A DNA stretch of 64,000 nt from Mobula hypostoma (taxonomy: Eukaryota): contig NC_086097.1 in the NCBI RefSeq assembly GCF_963921235.1, positions 249,924,001 to 249,988,000 of the forward strand, in the 5' to 3' direction. Positions 49,804-62,464 of this stretch are shown here, one piece after another (the stretch's first letter is position 1; each line of letters starts with the position of its first letter). A program made the position numbers and the translations under genes. The notes below the pieces were generated by a model. That model did no database searches and was not told the origin of the DNA. It saw only the letters and a list, made by a program, of their open reading frames with translations.

Positions 49804-51629
49804 CAGTAACGATGAGTATCAAGACTAGTGCTTCGCCTCCATGGTAGCTTACTGGTTAGTGTAACGTTATTACAGCTGAGGGCTTTCCGGAATTCAGAGT
49901 TTATTTCTGGCGCCCGTCTGTAAGAAGTCTAAGTATGTCCTCCCTGTAGAATGTATGGTGCTCGTTTCCTCCCACAGTCTAAAGACATACATGATAGGTT
50001 AATTGGTCATTGGAAATTACCTGCTGATTAGGTTGGGGTTAAACAGGTTTGTTGGGGGTTGCTGGGACAGCGTGGCTCAAGGAGCTGGAAAAATACTCCA
50101 CGCAGTATCACTCAATAAAATAATGGGGGACCACTTGAGAGATTAGCTTTGGAATCTGACAAGGCATATCAAGTGGCTAGCTGCTTTTTAGAGACCCAAT
50201 CTCTTAACACTTTCTGGCCTACAGGTTGGAGATGTACGCTTGTAAATAGATCTCAAATACAGGCAAGGTTAGTGATACAGTGATCATTCAGGTTTTCAAT
50301 CTGTGTGTCAACTTTCTAGCTCTGTTTCAGCTATAAAGATACTGAATAATAGATGACTCCCGGCTGCCTGATTCAATTTTATATGTGTACCCTATACCTT
50401 TACCATTCCCAAAATTCCCTGATTAGATCCTAGCCCCAAACCAATTCCCTGACAGTATCTATAACCCTTGATTAGAATTCAACCTGTAAATCACTCCTGG
50501 TTATCCTTTAATCCACATGTAAACTCCACTCCCCCTCCCCCCACTGTAATGCATGCTACCCACCATCAATAAGTGAAAGGTGCCAGTAATATCATGAAGG
50601 ATCCCACCCACCCTGCCCATGGACTCTTTGTCCCACTCCCATCAGGGAGGAGGCTATGCAGCATCAATGCCAGGACCACTAGGCTCAAAACAGTTACTTT
50701 CCCCAAGCAGTAAGACTAATCAACACCTCCACCCACTAACTCCCCCACTACTGTATTATTTCCTGTCAGCCAGCTTATGTAAGGCTTAATGTCACTGTGG
50801 GCATTTCATCAATTTATATAAGCTATCTTATCTGCTTATACTTGTGTATTTTTATTATTATCTTTTGCTTTATCTTTTATGATTTTTTTGGACTGCATCA
50901 GATGCGAACTACCGATTATTTCATTCTCCATACATTTGTGTAGAGAAAATGACATTACACAATCTAGAATTGTGAAGTTTTGCTCCCTCTAGTGGAAGAT
51001 GATGATTGGTATCTATATTGGTAAAATCTGTAGTTTTAAAATTTCACTCATGTATACTCCATTCATTCTAATGAGTTTTATGTACCTCAGTAGTTGTATT
51101 GTGTCCACAGAAATTTGTAGCTATATGAGAGAGCATAAACCTGTCTTGGTGGGTCAAATTCAACCCACACTCCATGATTCAGAAATAGCTTTTTATCCTC
51201 TGACATCAGGTTCTTGAATGGTCCTTTTGTTTTATTTATTTAGTTAGTTAGTTAGTTAGTCATTTATAGTAACTTTATATCTTTGCGTTGTTCTGCAGAC
51301 ACAAAACAACACATTTCACACCTTCTCCCTTTCCTTTCCAGTCCTGAGGAAGGGTTTCGGCCTGAAACTTTGACTATTTATTCATTTCCATAGAGGCTGC
51401 CTGACTTGCTGAGTTCCTTCAGCATTGTGTGTGTTACTCTGGATTTCCAGCACCTGTAGAATCACTCATGTTTATTATTACGCACCAGATAAGACAGTGA
51501 TAATAAACCTGAGGAACACGCACAAAATGCTGGAGGAGCTCAGCATGTCAGGCAGCCTCTGGAGAGGAACTAAAAGTCAATGTTTTGGGCCAAGACCCTT
51601 CATTGGGCTGTTTATTCCTCACCATAGAC

Positions 51630-54090
51630 TATTTTGAGAAATTTCAAAAACCTGAGGTGCAAAGGGACCCGTGTGCAGGATTCCCGAAAGGTTAATTTGC
51701 AGGTTGAGTCAGTGGTGAGGAAGGCAAATGTGATGTTAGCATTCATTTTGAGGACTAAAAAGTTCAAGTAAATTTATTCTTAGAGTACATGCATATCAGC
51801 ATATACAAATCTTAGATTCTTTTTCTGCAAGTGTATTTAGCAAATCTATATAATAACTGTAAACAGGACCTGTAAACTCTGCAAATGTAGATATAAAAAT
51901 AGCAATAAATAACGAGCATGAAATAACAAGACAAAAGAGATCTTAAATGAGTGTAGTTATCCCCTTTTGTTCAAGAATATAAAAGCAAGGATGTAATGTT
52001 GAGACTCTATGAAGTACTGATGAGGCCTCATTTAGAGTATTGTATTGTCAGCAGTTTTGGGCCTCTTTTCTAAGAAAGGATGTGCTAACACCGGAGAGGT
52101 TTCAAAGGAGGTTTACAAAAATGATTCTGGGATTGAAAAGGTTGTCATCTGAAGAGTGTTTGATGGCTCTGGGCCAGTACTCACTGGAATTTAGAAGAAT
52201 GGGGTGAGAGGGGGATCTCATTGAATTTTGAAAGGCCTAGATAGGGTGGATGTGGAGAGGATGTTTCCTGTGGTGGAGGGAGTCTAAGATCAGAGGACAC
52301 AGCTTCAGAATAGAGGGATGCCCATTTAGAACAAAGATGAGGAAGAATTTCTTTAGCCAGAGCATAGTGAATCTGGAATTCATTGACACAGGCAGCTGTG
52401 GAGGCCAAGTCTTTGGGCATATTTAAGGCAGAATTTGGTAGATTCCTGATTAGTCCAGGCATGAGGATTATGGGGAGAAGGCAGGAGATTCTTGCTGAGA
52501 GGGGAATGGCAGAGCAGACTTGACGGGCCAAATGCCTAATTCTGCTCCTATGGTGTTATGGCCTTAGATGCTTCCTGACCTGCTGGTTCCTCCAGAATAT
52601 TGTGTTTCTTTCTCTGGGTTTCCAGCATCTGCAGAGTCTCTTGTGTAAATGATAATAAACCTGATTCTGATAAACTGAAAGCAATGTTGTCTCCGAGGCA
52701 GAGGGCTGTGAATTCTGGTGACTTAAAGAAATCTCAAGGTGGATGTTTCAATGTAGGAATGACGGAGTGCTGCTCAGTTGAAGGTACGGGGTTGAGGATG
52801 ACACCTTCACTCTTACAAGAAATGCATTTTCAGTGTTAGTACCTGGAAATTGTACTTGGGCACGTTATTGGAAAAATCATGCCTAAATGGTAGAAATACC
52901 CCTGAATATTGAAACTGCAATGCTGGGACACAGTAATTCACAAGGGTGATCTAAAGGTCAGAATCAGGTTTATTATCACTGGCCTATGTCGGGAAATTAG
53001 TTGTTTTGTGGCAGCTAGTACAATACAAGACATTTCCTTAAGTTATAAAAATCAATAAATAGTTCAGAAGATGAATGACAGGGGAGTGTTTAGACATCCA
53101 ATGGCGGAGGGGAAGAGCTGTTCCTAAAATGATGAGTGTGGGTCTTCAGACTCCAGTACCTCCTCCCTGATGGTAGTAATATGAAGAGCATTTGCCTTCA
53201 GATCTGGGACAGCGAACCTAGAAATCTGTGGTATTCATTGCCATAGATGGCTGTGCAGGCCAAGTCATTGGATACCTTTTTAAGGTGGAGGGTGATAGGT
53301 TCTTGATTAATCATGGAGTCAAAGGCAGGGGAATGACCAATAAGATATTGGAGCAGAATTAGGCCATTTGGCCCATCGGGTTTGTTCCACCATTTCATCA
53401 TGGCTGATCCAATTTTCCTCTCAGCCCCAATCTCCTGCCTTCTCCCCATATCCCTTCATGCCCTGACCAGTCAAGAATCTATCAACTTCTGCCTTAAAAA
53501 TACATAAAACTTGGTCTCCACAGCTGCCTGTGGCAAAGAATTCAACAGACTCATCACTCTCTGGTGAAAGAAATTCCTACTCATCTCTGTCTTGAAAAGA
53601 TGCTCCTCTATTTTGAGGCTGTGTCCTCTGGTCTTAGACTCTCCCACCATAGGAAACATCCTCTTCACATCCAGGCCTTTCACCATTCGATAGGTTCCAG
53701 TGATGTCACCCCTCATTCTTCTGAATTACAGTGAAGACAGGTCCGGAGCCATCAGACACTCTTCATAAGACAAGCCAATTTTGTGAACCTCCTATGAATC
53801 CTCTTCAGTTTCAGCACATCCTAAGATAAGGGGCCCAAAACTGCTCACAATACTCCAGGTGAGGCGTCACCAGTGCTTTATAGTTTCAAAATTACATCCT
53901 TGCTTTTATATTCTAGACCTCTTGAAATGAATGGTAATATTGCATTTGCTTTCCTTACCACAGACTCAAGCTGCAAATTAACCTCCAGGAAATCCTGCAC
54001 AAGGACTCCCAAGGCCCTTTGCATCTCAGTTTTTTTTTTGTATTTTCTCTCCATTCAGAAAACAGTCAACCCTTTCATTTCCTCTACCAA
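51630..54090. mobile_element. CR1 3' fragments (+ ~51630-52560; - ~53335-54090) with other remnants between them
   Basis: Typical CR1 3' sequence; ORF 53471..53716. Confidence 0.75.
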
Positions 54091-55233
54091 AGAAGGATGT
54101 GATGCTGGTGCAGAGGGGATTGGCAGGGATGGAACAGAAGAGCCAAGCTGATTAGGTGGAACAAAGACCACTGGACACTTTCTCAATCCTGAATCTCCAA
54201 TTTGTACAGAAATTATGTGAGTTATGAAGAGAGACTGGAGAGGCTGTATCTATGTTCCCAGGAGTGAATTGGGGTGAAGAACACACATTGGCAATAGAAG
54301 TGAAGCAGGCGATTGGGCATATACTGCCCATGAAATTATCATTGATGTGGTGTTACACTACAGAAATACATTAAAATCAGAAATACTACAAAGTTCATAT
54401 TTGGTAGCACTATAATTAGGTGCTGTGTGCTGGATGGACATGGGGCAGGTGCATAGGCTGGGTGCTAGTTGGAAATCAAAGGATTTTGTTTGGAATCGTT
54501 CTTTTGTGCATTTCTCAGTTTGGAAAGTTGCATGCCTGCCCAATTTTTCCCCTGTTCCAGTGGAGAGTTACAGAGCCTTGTACAAGTGTAGAAACTTCAG
54601 CAATGAGAATCAACACCGATCACTCGATTGTCAGAGCTCAGTAAACTTTTTTTCTGGTAATTCTCTTTTTGTTGTTTTACAAGTTAGCACTGTATTTATC
54701 ATAATGGGTTAACTTCAGCACGTCACGGCCGAGAAGGGACTTTTTCCATTACCAGCACTTTTATAGCTACCATGATCTAAAAGAAATGCACACAGTGACA
54801 GAACCAGTAATGTTGGAAGAATCCAGCCAGGGTGTGTAGTAATTGTAGGAGAGAAACCAGCCAATGTTTTGGATCAGCAACCCTTTCTCACAACTGGGGA
54901 GTGGGAGCAGGATGGAATAATGGCATCTTGTTCCAAAATCTGACACTCAGTTTTATTTTTAATTAAATACAGTGGCTTATTTTGAGTACATACATACAAA
55001 ACTATGCAAATTTATGAAGAAAATTCTAAAATTTTGATGAATTTCTATAGCCATGGTGGAGAATATATTAACCGGCTGTATCACAGCCTGGTATGGAAAC
55101 ACCAATGTCCTTTGAACAGAATATCTCACAAGAAGTAGTGGATATGGCCCAATCCATCACAAGTAAAGCCCTCCCCACCATTTGGCACATCTATACGGAG
55201 AATTGATGCAGGAAAGCAATGTTCATCAACAGG

Positions 55234-55434
55234 CTGGTGGTGCAGTGAGATCAGCACTGGGCTCCAGAACGGAGGTTCCCGAGTTCAATCCAGTGACTGA
55301 CTGCTCCCGAGCGTGCTCTCCATCCGTGCTGGGTTGATGTTGAGCTCGCAACTCACCTCGTTAAAAAAAAACACTGCCACCTCCAGTTTAAATTCCCACG
55401 CGGAATATTGTGGAGGATTAAATACCCAAACCCA
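55234..55434 (+). mobile_element. tRNA-derived SINE inserted in a Rex1-like 3' fragment
   Basis: A-box-like TGGTGCAGTG and B-box GAGTTCAATCC; (AAACCC)-type tail; AACAGG flanking repeat. Confidence 0.65.
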
Positions 55435-56219
55435 AACAGGGTCCTGCATCACCCAGGACATGCTCTCTTCTTGCTGCTGCCATCAGGAAGAAGATACAGG
55501 TGCCTCAGGACTCACACCACCAGGTTCAGGAACCGTTATTACCCCTTAATCATCAGGCTCTTGAAGCAGAGGGGATAACTTCACTTGCCCCATCACTGAA
55601 CTGTTCCCACAACCTATAGACTTATATTCAAGGACCCTTCATCTCGTGTATTTATTATTTCTTTCTTTCTATTTATTTTTATATTTACACAATCTTTTGT
55701 CTTATGCACGCTGGTTGTCTGCCCCGTTGGTTTGGTCTTTCTTTGATTTTATTGTGGTTATTGGATTTAATGAGCCCACAAGAAAATGAATTTCAAGGGT
55801 TGTATGCAGTGACATATGTGCACTTCGATAAATTTATTTTTAACTTTGAAATTAAGAAATCACGACCGAAGGTGCTCCAATAAATACATACAATAAACAC
55901 ATTACCTACAATAAATATATGCGATAAACACAAAATAATTATATAAAATAAACACGTTACATATAAAAAACAACTACAAGAGATTCTGCTGTTAATCCAG
56001 AGTAACACACACACAAAATGCTGGAGGAACTCGGCGGGTCAGGCAGCGTCTGTGGAAAAGTTTCGAGCCGAGACCTTTCATCAGGACTGGATTCTTCTCC
56101 ATAGATGCTGCTTGATTTGCTGAGTTTCGCCAGCATTTTGTGTGTGTTATATACAATAAATAGAATACAAACACATACAATACAATATAATTACATACAA
56201 TACACAGAATAAACCGCAC

Positions 56220-57520
56220 AGACCCCTCCTCGCCAACTCGTCCTTCTCCGGCTGCCAGCTCTCGGCTCCAACGTCATGAAATCACCATTTCCTCCAATCA
56301 CCGGCCGCGATCTGAAAACCATGGCAACTCCAGCACCCCCCCTTTTCTATATCCTGCTCATAACTCCTAAATATCTTCGTTTTTCCCAACAGATAGCGAT
56401 TGTCGGATATTATATATACTTTCACACGACTGATCCAGGGTTTTTGTACTTGGCCGTGAGGGATTTACAGAAGTAACTTTGAACCATGGGTTAAAGGTCA
56501 CAGTCAAGATGGCCGCTGTCAGGGACGGCGGTTCGGGAGCGCGCGTCCCGGGTTGCTGACCGGTTTCCCGCCGTCGGTGACGGGTCGCCGGCTCACACTC
56601 CCCTCGCCCCCCTCCCCGGGATAATCTGCCCCTGTCCCGGCTCATTCTGACCCACAACCTCCTCCCCCCGCCTGTTTACAACCCGTTCCCTGCCCCTCCA
56701 CCCCGTCCGGCTCACTCTGATCCACAATCCCAGCCCTCCACCCGTCTAGTAACAACCCATTCCCCATCCCGCCGACCCGGCTCACTCCCCCCTTCCCCTC
56801 CCCGGGATAATCCACCCCGTCCGGCTTAAACTCCAACCACCTCTTCTCCCTCCAGCCCTCTACCCGCCTGTTTACAACCCATTCCCCATCCCGCCGACCC
56901 AGTTTACCGCCCCCCTCACCTTCCCGATATAATCCACCCCGCTCTGACCCATAACGGGCTCCCATCATCTTCCCGCCTGTTTATAACCCCCCCCCCCCCC
57001 GACTCTCCACTCCTCCCTCCCATCCGCTCCTGTCCTGGCTCACTCTGACCCGCAACCTCCCTCCAGCTCTTTACAATCCACGTCCCCATCCCGCTGACCC
57101 GGCTCACACCGCATCCGTCCGCCACTCACTATCGTTTCCCGTTCATACACCGGTCTACTGTACCTCCCGCTCATACATCTGTCAACCGGCCCCCTCCCTC
57201 ACTCCCTCTCGCCGTCCTTTCAACCCCGAAACTCCCCATTCTCACCCCTCCGGCAGGCCAGCGATCACTACTTGGCACCTCACCCACTATTCGTTGACCT
57301 TCCATCCCACCCGAATCTGTGGGCCTCCAAGCCCTCCCAGCAACTTGGGTGATTGCTGACCCAACCCTCCTCAAGGTGTGGAGAACCCTGCGTCCATCCT
57401 TCCCGCCCCCCCGTGTCTGAGATGAGAAAAGGCGGTGCGAACCGGCGAGGGATTTGAGCAAAAGGAAGAACGGCCGGAGACATGAACAGGAAGAAAGGCG
57501 ATAAAGGGTTCGAGAGCCCG
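56220..57520 (+). promoter_or_regulatory. CpG island / promoter and 5' UTR region of TAF2
   Basis: Sharp rise in GC and CpG against a CpG-poor background; YY1-type CAAGATGGCCGC at ~56505-56516; directly upstream of the TAF2 ATG. Confidence 0.8.
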
Positions 57521-57534
57521 AGGCCATATAAGTT
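57482..57534 (+). CDS. TAF2: TAF2 (TFIID subunit 2) first coding exon, MNRKKGDKGFESPRPYK(L)
   Basis: Identical to the recalled vertebrate TAF2 N-terminal MNRKKGDKGFESPRPYKL; tandem downstream of DSCC1 as recalled for human; in-frame TAA at 57536 forces splicing; next exon not found in the window. Confidence 0.9.
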
Positions 57535-57947
57535 ATAAGTATCTCCCTTCTCTTGGTTGTGTGTGTGTGTTAAATGTTGCTCTTCCTGGTCCCGTATTCG
57601 TTCCAAACTTTGAGGAAAGCGGGATAGTAACGGCAGCTTTGAGGTTTTGCCCAAAGAAACTTTTGGAATGAACAGTACAACCTTGAAGGACTCCCAGCAA
57701 GGTCTTAGAGGGATGGTAGTGATAACAGTTAGTAGCATCTTTAAATTTGTAAAGGATCCCATATGTGTTCTGAGTGATACAGGGAGAAACAGGTATGTTA
57801 AGTTTAAGCAATATCATACAGTACCTGGATAAGTTCAGGACAGAATCCAAAGCTGGGAGATCAGGATAAAGTGTGGCTGTTGTTACTGGGCATTGGATAT
57901 TGGGAATAGACAAATGACTGGAATTGGATAGACATAAATCTTAGCTC

Positions 57948-58318
57948 AAACAGGAAATCTGCAGATGCTGGAAGTTCAAGCAACACTCACAAAATGCTGG
58001 TGAACGCAGCAGGCCAGGCAGCATCTCTAGGAAGAGGTACAGTCGATGTTTCGGGCCGAGACCCTTCGTCAGGACTAGCTGAAAGAAGAGATGGTAAGAG
58101 ATTTGAAAGTGGGAGGGGGAGGGGGAGACCCAAAATGATAGGAGAAGACAGGAGCCCTCCTGTCTTCTCCTATCATTTTGGATCTCCCACTTTCAATTCT
58201 CTTACCATCTCTTCTTTCAGTTAGTCCTGACGAAGGGTCTCGGCCCGAAACGTCGACTGTACCTCTTCCTATAGATGCTGCCTGGCCTGCTGCGTTCACC
58301 AGCATTTTGTGAGTGTTG
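57948..58318. mobile_element. Fold-back PLE pLTR element with two inverted hammerheads, in TAF2 intron 1
   Basis: 15-bp TSD CATAAATCTTAGCTC at 57933-57947 and 58319-58333; ~160-170-bp inverted arms. Confidence 0.9.
58223..58258 (+). ncRNA. Minimal type I hammerhead ribozyme
   Basis: AGUC CUGACGA A GGGU-CUCG-GCCC GAAA CG UC GACU; inverted copy at 58041-58076 has CA instead of CG in stem III. Confidence 0.8.
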
Positions 58319-60644
58319 CATAAATCTTAGCTCCAAGGTTGCAGGAGATGAATGGGAAGTAAAGATCTGTTTGTTACCAAAAAACATTTGATGGCAGTAA
58401 GGGCAAAAATAACTCAGTAACAGTTTTCATTCAGAATCAGGTTTAATATCACTGGCATACATCATGTAATTTGTTGTTTTGCCGCAGCAGAACTTTGCAA
58501 TACATAACATAGAAACTGTAAATTATGGTAAGTATACATTAAAAATAGTTCAAAAAGAGAAAAAAAAAGTAGTGAAGTGGTGGTTATGGGTTCAATATTC
58601 ATTCAGAAATCGGATGGCAGAGGGGAAGAAGCTGTTCCTGAATCGTTGAGTGTTTGTTTCAAGGCTGCTGTACCTCCTCTCTGATGGTATCAATGAGAAG
58701 AGGTCATAAACATGAGAAAGTCTGCAGATCCTGGAAATCGAGAGCAGCACACACAAAATGCTGGAGGAACTTAGGTCAGGCAGCATCTATGGAGAGGAAT
58801 AAACAGTTACTGTTTTGGGCTGAGACCCTTCTTGAAGACTGTAAAGGATGGGGGAAGATGCCAGCATGGAGGGGTCAGTGAGAGAGGGTTTTACTGAATT
58901 GTTGAAGAGAAGGTTTAAACAGTTGCAGAAGAGGTTATGCCTGGGTTCACTTGGTTTTGTTGAGGTCCAGCATTTCACTCTGGGAACAGCTTATGCTTAT
59001 GAAGAACCTGAGATAATTTCATTCCAAATAGACAAACATCTGAATTAAAACTTGGCAGTGGGTGAGGTTATTGAGACTATAAGAACACAATTTGAAGTAG
59101 CTGTAGGCCATACACTCCCGTAAGTCTGCACCACATTTCATGTTTGATCCTCTGTTTCATCTTCTTTACAATACAGAAAAATACAGATGCTGGGCTCCAG
59201 CTCACTGACATTCCAAATCAGTTCTCCCTCCAATTCTATTAGTGGCTGGAAATGCCTTAGTGCAAGTGTGGAACATATTTAATGACTGAGCATCCATAAT
59301 CCTTTGAGACAGAATTCTAATAACTTATACCCATTTGTGCTTAGAGATTTCTCCTTGTTCCACACTAAATGAATAAAATGGCTTCTGTGACTACTCTTCT
59401 ACACCTAGACTCTCCAACGGATACCTTGGGTATCTTCCCTGCAAGTCTCCCTCAGTTTCAATGACATTAATCTCTAAAGTCTCCTCCCTGAAATCAAGAG
59501 TTAACGTATGTTTAACTGAATTGAAGGCAAGTGGTGATGGTTGTCCGATGATGACAGGAACCCTGTGCGGAAGATTTTATAAAGTGGAAAAGCCATTACA
59601 CTGGGGCAGTTCCACTGTCTCGACCTCAGGAGTCCTACTGAGTTCCTCCAGCATTTACCATTTCCGTTCCAAGTTCCTCCTCTACTTAGTTACTTTATCA
59701 TGTGAACCAGTACATTATGATCCTTCTGTAAATCAATATTTCCTAGATTCTCCTGTAAACAAAAGTAATCTTCTATGTTTATTAGCAAAGGAAATAACAT
59801 TACATTTTTCTGTGTAATGCATCTACCACCAGCTGCCCATGTGGTTAATCTTTGCAGACAACTTTCATCCATGGCTTGCTCACCCATCCAGATTTCAGTA
59901 GCATTTGGTTAAAAGAAAACAGTTCAAAGTAAATTTATTTTCAAAGTACATATATGTCACCGTATACTGTGCAATCCTGAGGTTTGTTTTCTTGCAGGTA
60001 TACTCAATAAATCCAATAACCATAATAGATTTGCTGTCAAGTTAGGTACAGCAGATGGAAGCAGAAAGTTTCAGGGAGATATTGACAGACCGATTTCCTC
60101 CCACAGTCTGAAGACTGGGTTAATTGCTCATTCTAAATCATCCTGTGATTAGGTTAGGGTTCAACTGGGGTTGTTAGTGGTTGCTGGGCAGTGTGTAGCT
60201 GTAGCTAAATAAATAAATCAAACTAAAAGTTTGGATTTTAAAAAGATAACTTATCTAATTATAAGAAGCTAGGAAATGTGGAAGAATGGTGGAATGAGTA
60301 GGTACAAAAAGTAATTAGAAATGACTTTGGTGTGATTATTTTATGTATTTAATTTAGAGATACAACGCATAACTTGCTGCCAATGAGCTGCGTGTCCCAG
60401 CAACCCACCTATTTAATCCTAGCCTAATTACAGGGCAATTTACAATGACCAATTGACCTACTAACTGGTATGTTATTGGACTGCGAGAGGAGTCTGGAGC
60501 ACCCGGAGAAAACCCAGGCACACATGACAAGGGAGATGAGCCTCTTACAGATGCTTTGCATTTGACCTCTGAACTCTGACGCCTTGAGCTGTAATAGCAT
60601 TGTGCTAACTGCTACTGTGACTTAAAGTAATTTATTTATAACAG

Positions 60645-61497
60645 TACAGCCACTATCATGCCTCCCAACATAGAACGGTTCTTTCTACTTTGATTAACTC
60701 TGCGAAAACTGTTGTGGACCTAGAGAGTCTCCCCAAGGAAATAAGACAATTCCTACAGAATGGCTACAAGGTGAAGGAAATCAGTTGGGCCCTGAAAGGG
60801 GCTGAAAGAAAAACCAGGAAACTTAACAATGAGGAGGAATGCATCGATATCTTCGCTATATTTCCCTGGTTTCTGGAAGGATCACTAAGATTGTGAAGAA
60901 ATACCTGATTAATACCATCCACAAACCTGTAAGGAAGCTCAAGTAACAGCTTATGCGGGTCAAAGGTGACCTCGGACTCAGTTCGGGTGGCGTTTCCAGG
61001 ATTCCCTGTGAATGTGGAGCAGCGTATATCGGCCAGATGGGACGCATGGTGGAAACCTGCATCAAGGAGCACAGGAGGTGTATCCTTTTGAGTTATCTGG
61101 AGAAATTGGCAGCATTTGCAATGGCCAGAGAATTGATTTTAATGGCACAAAACCACTGTGCCACACCAATGGCTTTTGGGACCACCTGGTAAGGAAGCCA
61201 TTGAAATACAACTGAGGAAAAGAATTTTAACAAAGACAATGGTTTCGCTCTAAGTAAGATCTGGAATTCTACTGTAAACAAGGTGGGAGAGCGGAAGCCT
61301 GATTGGATGAGGGTTAAACAATCAGGAGGGACAGAATACAGGGGTATAGATACCTCCGGAATAGACATTCCCAGGCATCATCTCTGAAGAAGATGGCAGA
61401 GTTGGTCATTGAAATGTCAGGTATCAATTATAACTGACATTTGAAGCCCGAGAAGAGTTTGTTCGTCATATACGCCGGGAAAGTACTAGATTCTTTA
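60645..61497 (+). mobile_element. Second, distinct Penelope-like family 3' part
   Basis: GGVSRIPCECGAAYIGQMGRMVETCIKEHRR GIY-YIG; hammerhead-like CUGAAGA...GAAA at 61384-61418. Confidence 0.8.
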
Positions 61498-61724
61498 AAA
61501 AATTATTTATTAGTGGAGAAAATAAATGAAACAGGATGTTCGTGTTATCCCAATGGATTGGATGATATCTGAGTTCAGTTGTGGGCAAAGTTACATTGAA
61601 CTGGAGGATGCAAAACTATGTTGTGGTTCAGTTTAAATATAAGAATAGGCTGCATGAATTGTTTGTCTTGCATACTTTTTTTACCTGAAATATTGAATTC
61701 TAATGGATTGTCAATTTGCTGAAG

Positions 61725-62395
61725 TTGGAGAGGACCCATGTTCATAGATCCCTCAAATTTGCCGCATTAAGTTGATATGGTGATTAAGAGGGTGTGTGGT
61801 GTGTTGGCTTTCAGTAGTCAGGGTACTGAGTTCAAGAGCCGTGAGGTAATATTACGGCCTATAAAACCCTGGTTAGACCACACTTAGAATATTGTGTTCT
61901 GTTCTGGTTGCCTCACTGTAGGAAGGATGTGGAAGTTTTAAAGAGGATACCAAGGAGATTTACCAGGATACTGTCCGGATTAGAGAGCATGTCTTAAGCG
62001 GAAAGATGCAGTGAGCTGGGGCTTTTCTCTCTGGAGCAAAGGACAATGACAGGTGACTTGATAGAGGTGTAGAAGATGATAAGAGACAGATGGAGTTGAC
62101 AACCAGAGATTTTTTTCCTGGGAGGAAATGGGTAATACAGGAGGACACAATTTTAAGGTGATAGGAGGAAAGTAGAGGGAGATGTCAGAGCTAGGTTCTT
62201 TGCACAGAGAGTGGCCAGAGGTGATGGTAGAGGCAGATACATTAGAGGTATTTAAAGAAGTCCTAGATAGGCACATTGATGAACGAAAAATGGAGGCCGA
62301 TGTAGGACGGAAGGGTTAGATTGATCTTGAATTAGGATAAAAGGACAGCACAACATCGTGGGCTGAAGGGTCTGTACTGTGCTGTAATGTTATAT
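61725..62395 (+). mobile_element. CR1 3' fragment
   Basis: KTLVRPHLEYCVLFW-coding sequence and CR1 tail. Confidence 0.75.
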
Positions 62396-62464
62396 GTACT
62401 AGATATTGATAAGGTGTGGACTCCCGAGCAATAGGTGGATTGTAGAAGAATGATAGAAAATATT

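Noticed and set aside
54561..54640. Possible extra exon (ttccag acceptor ... gtaaac donor)
   Set aside because: Weak donor, no recognisable protein, and outside both gene models
55234..55300. Functional tRNA gene
   Set aside because: No complete cloverleaf or Pol III terminator; continues into a SINE body and tail
56367..57762. Minus-strand ORFs as a divergent gene at the CpG island
   Set aside because: Low-complexity GC-rich translations with no recognisable homology
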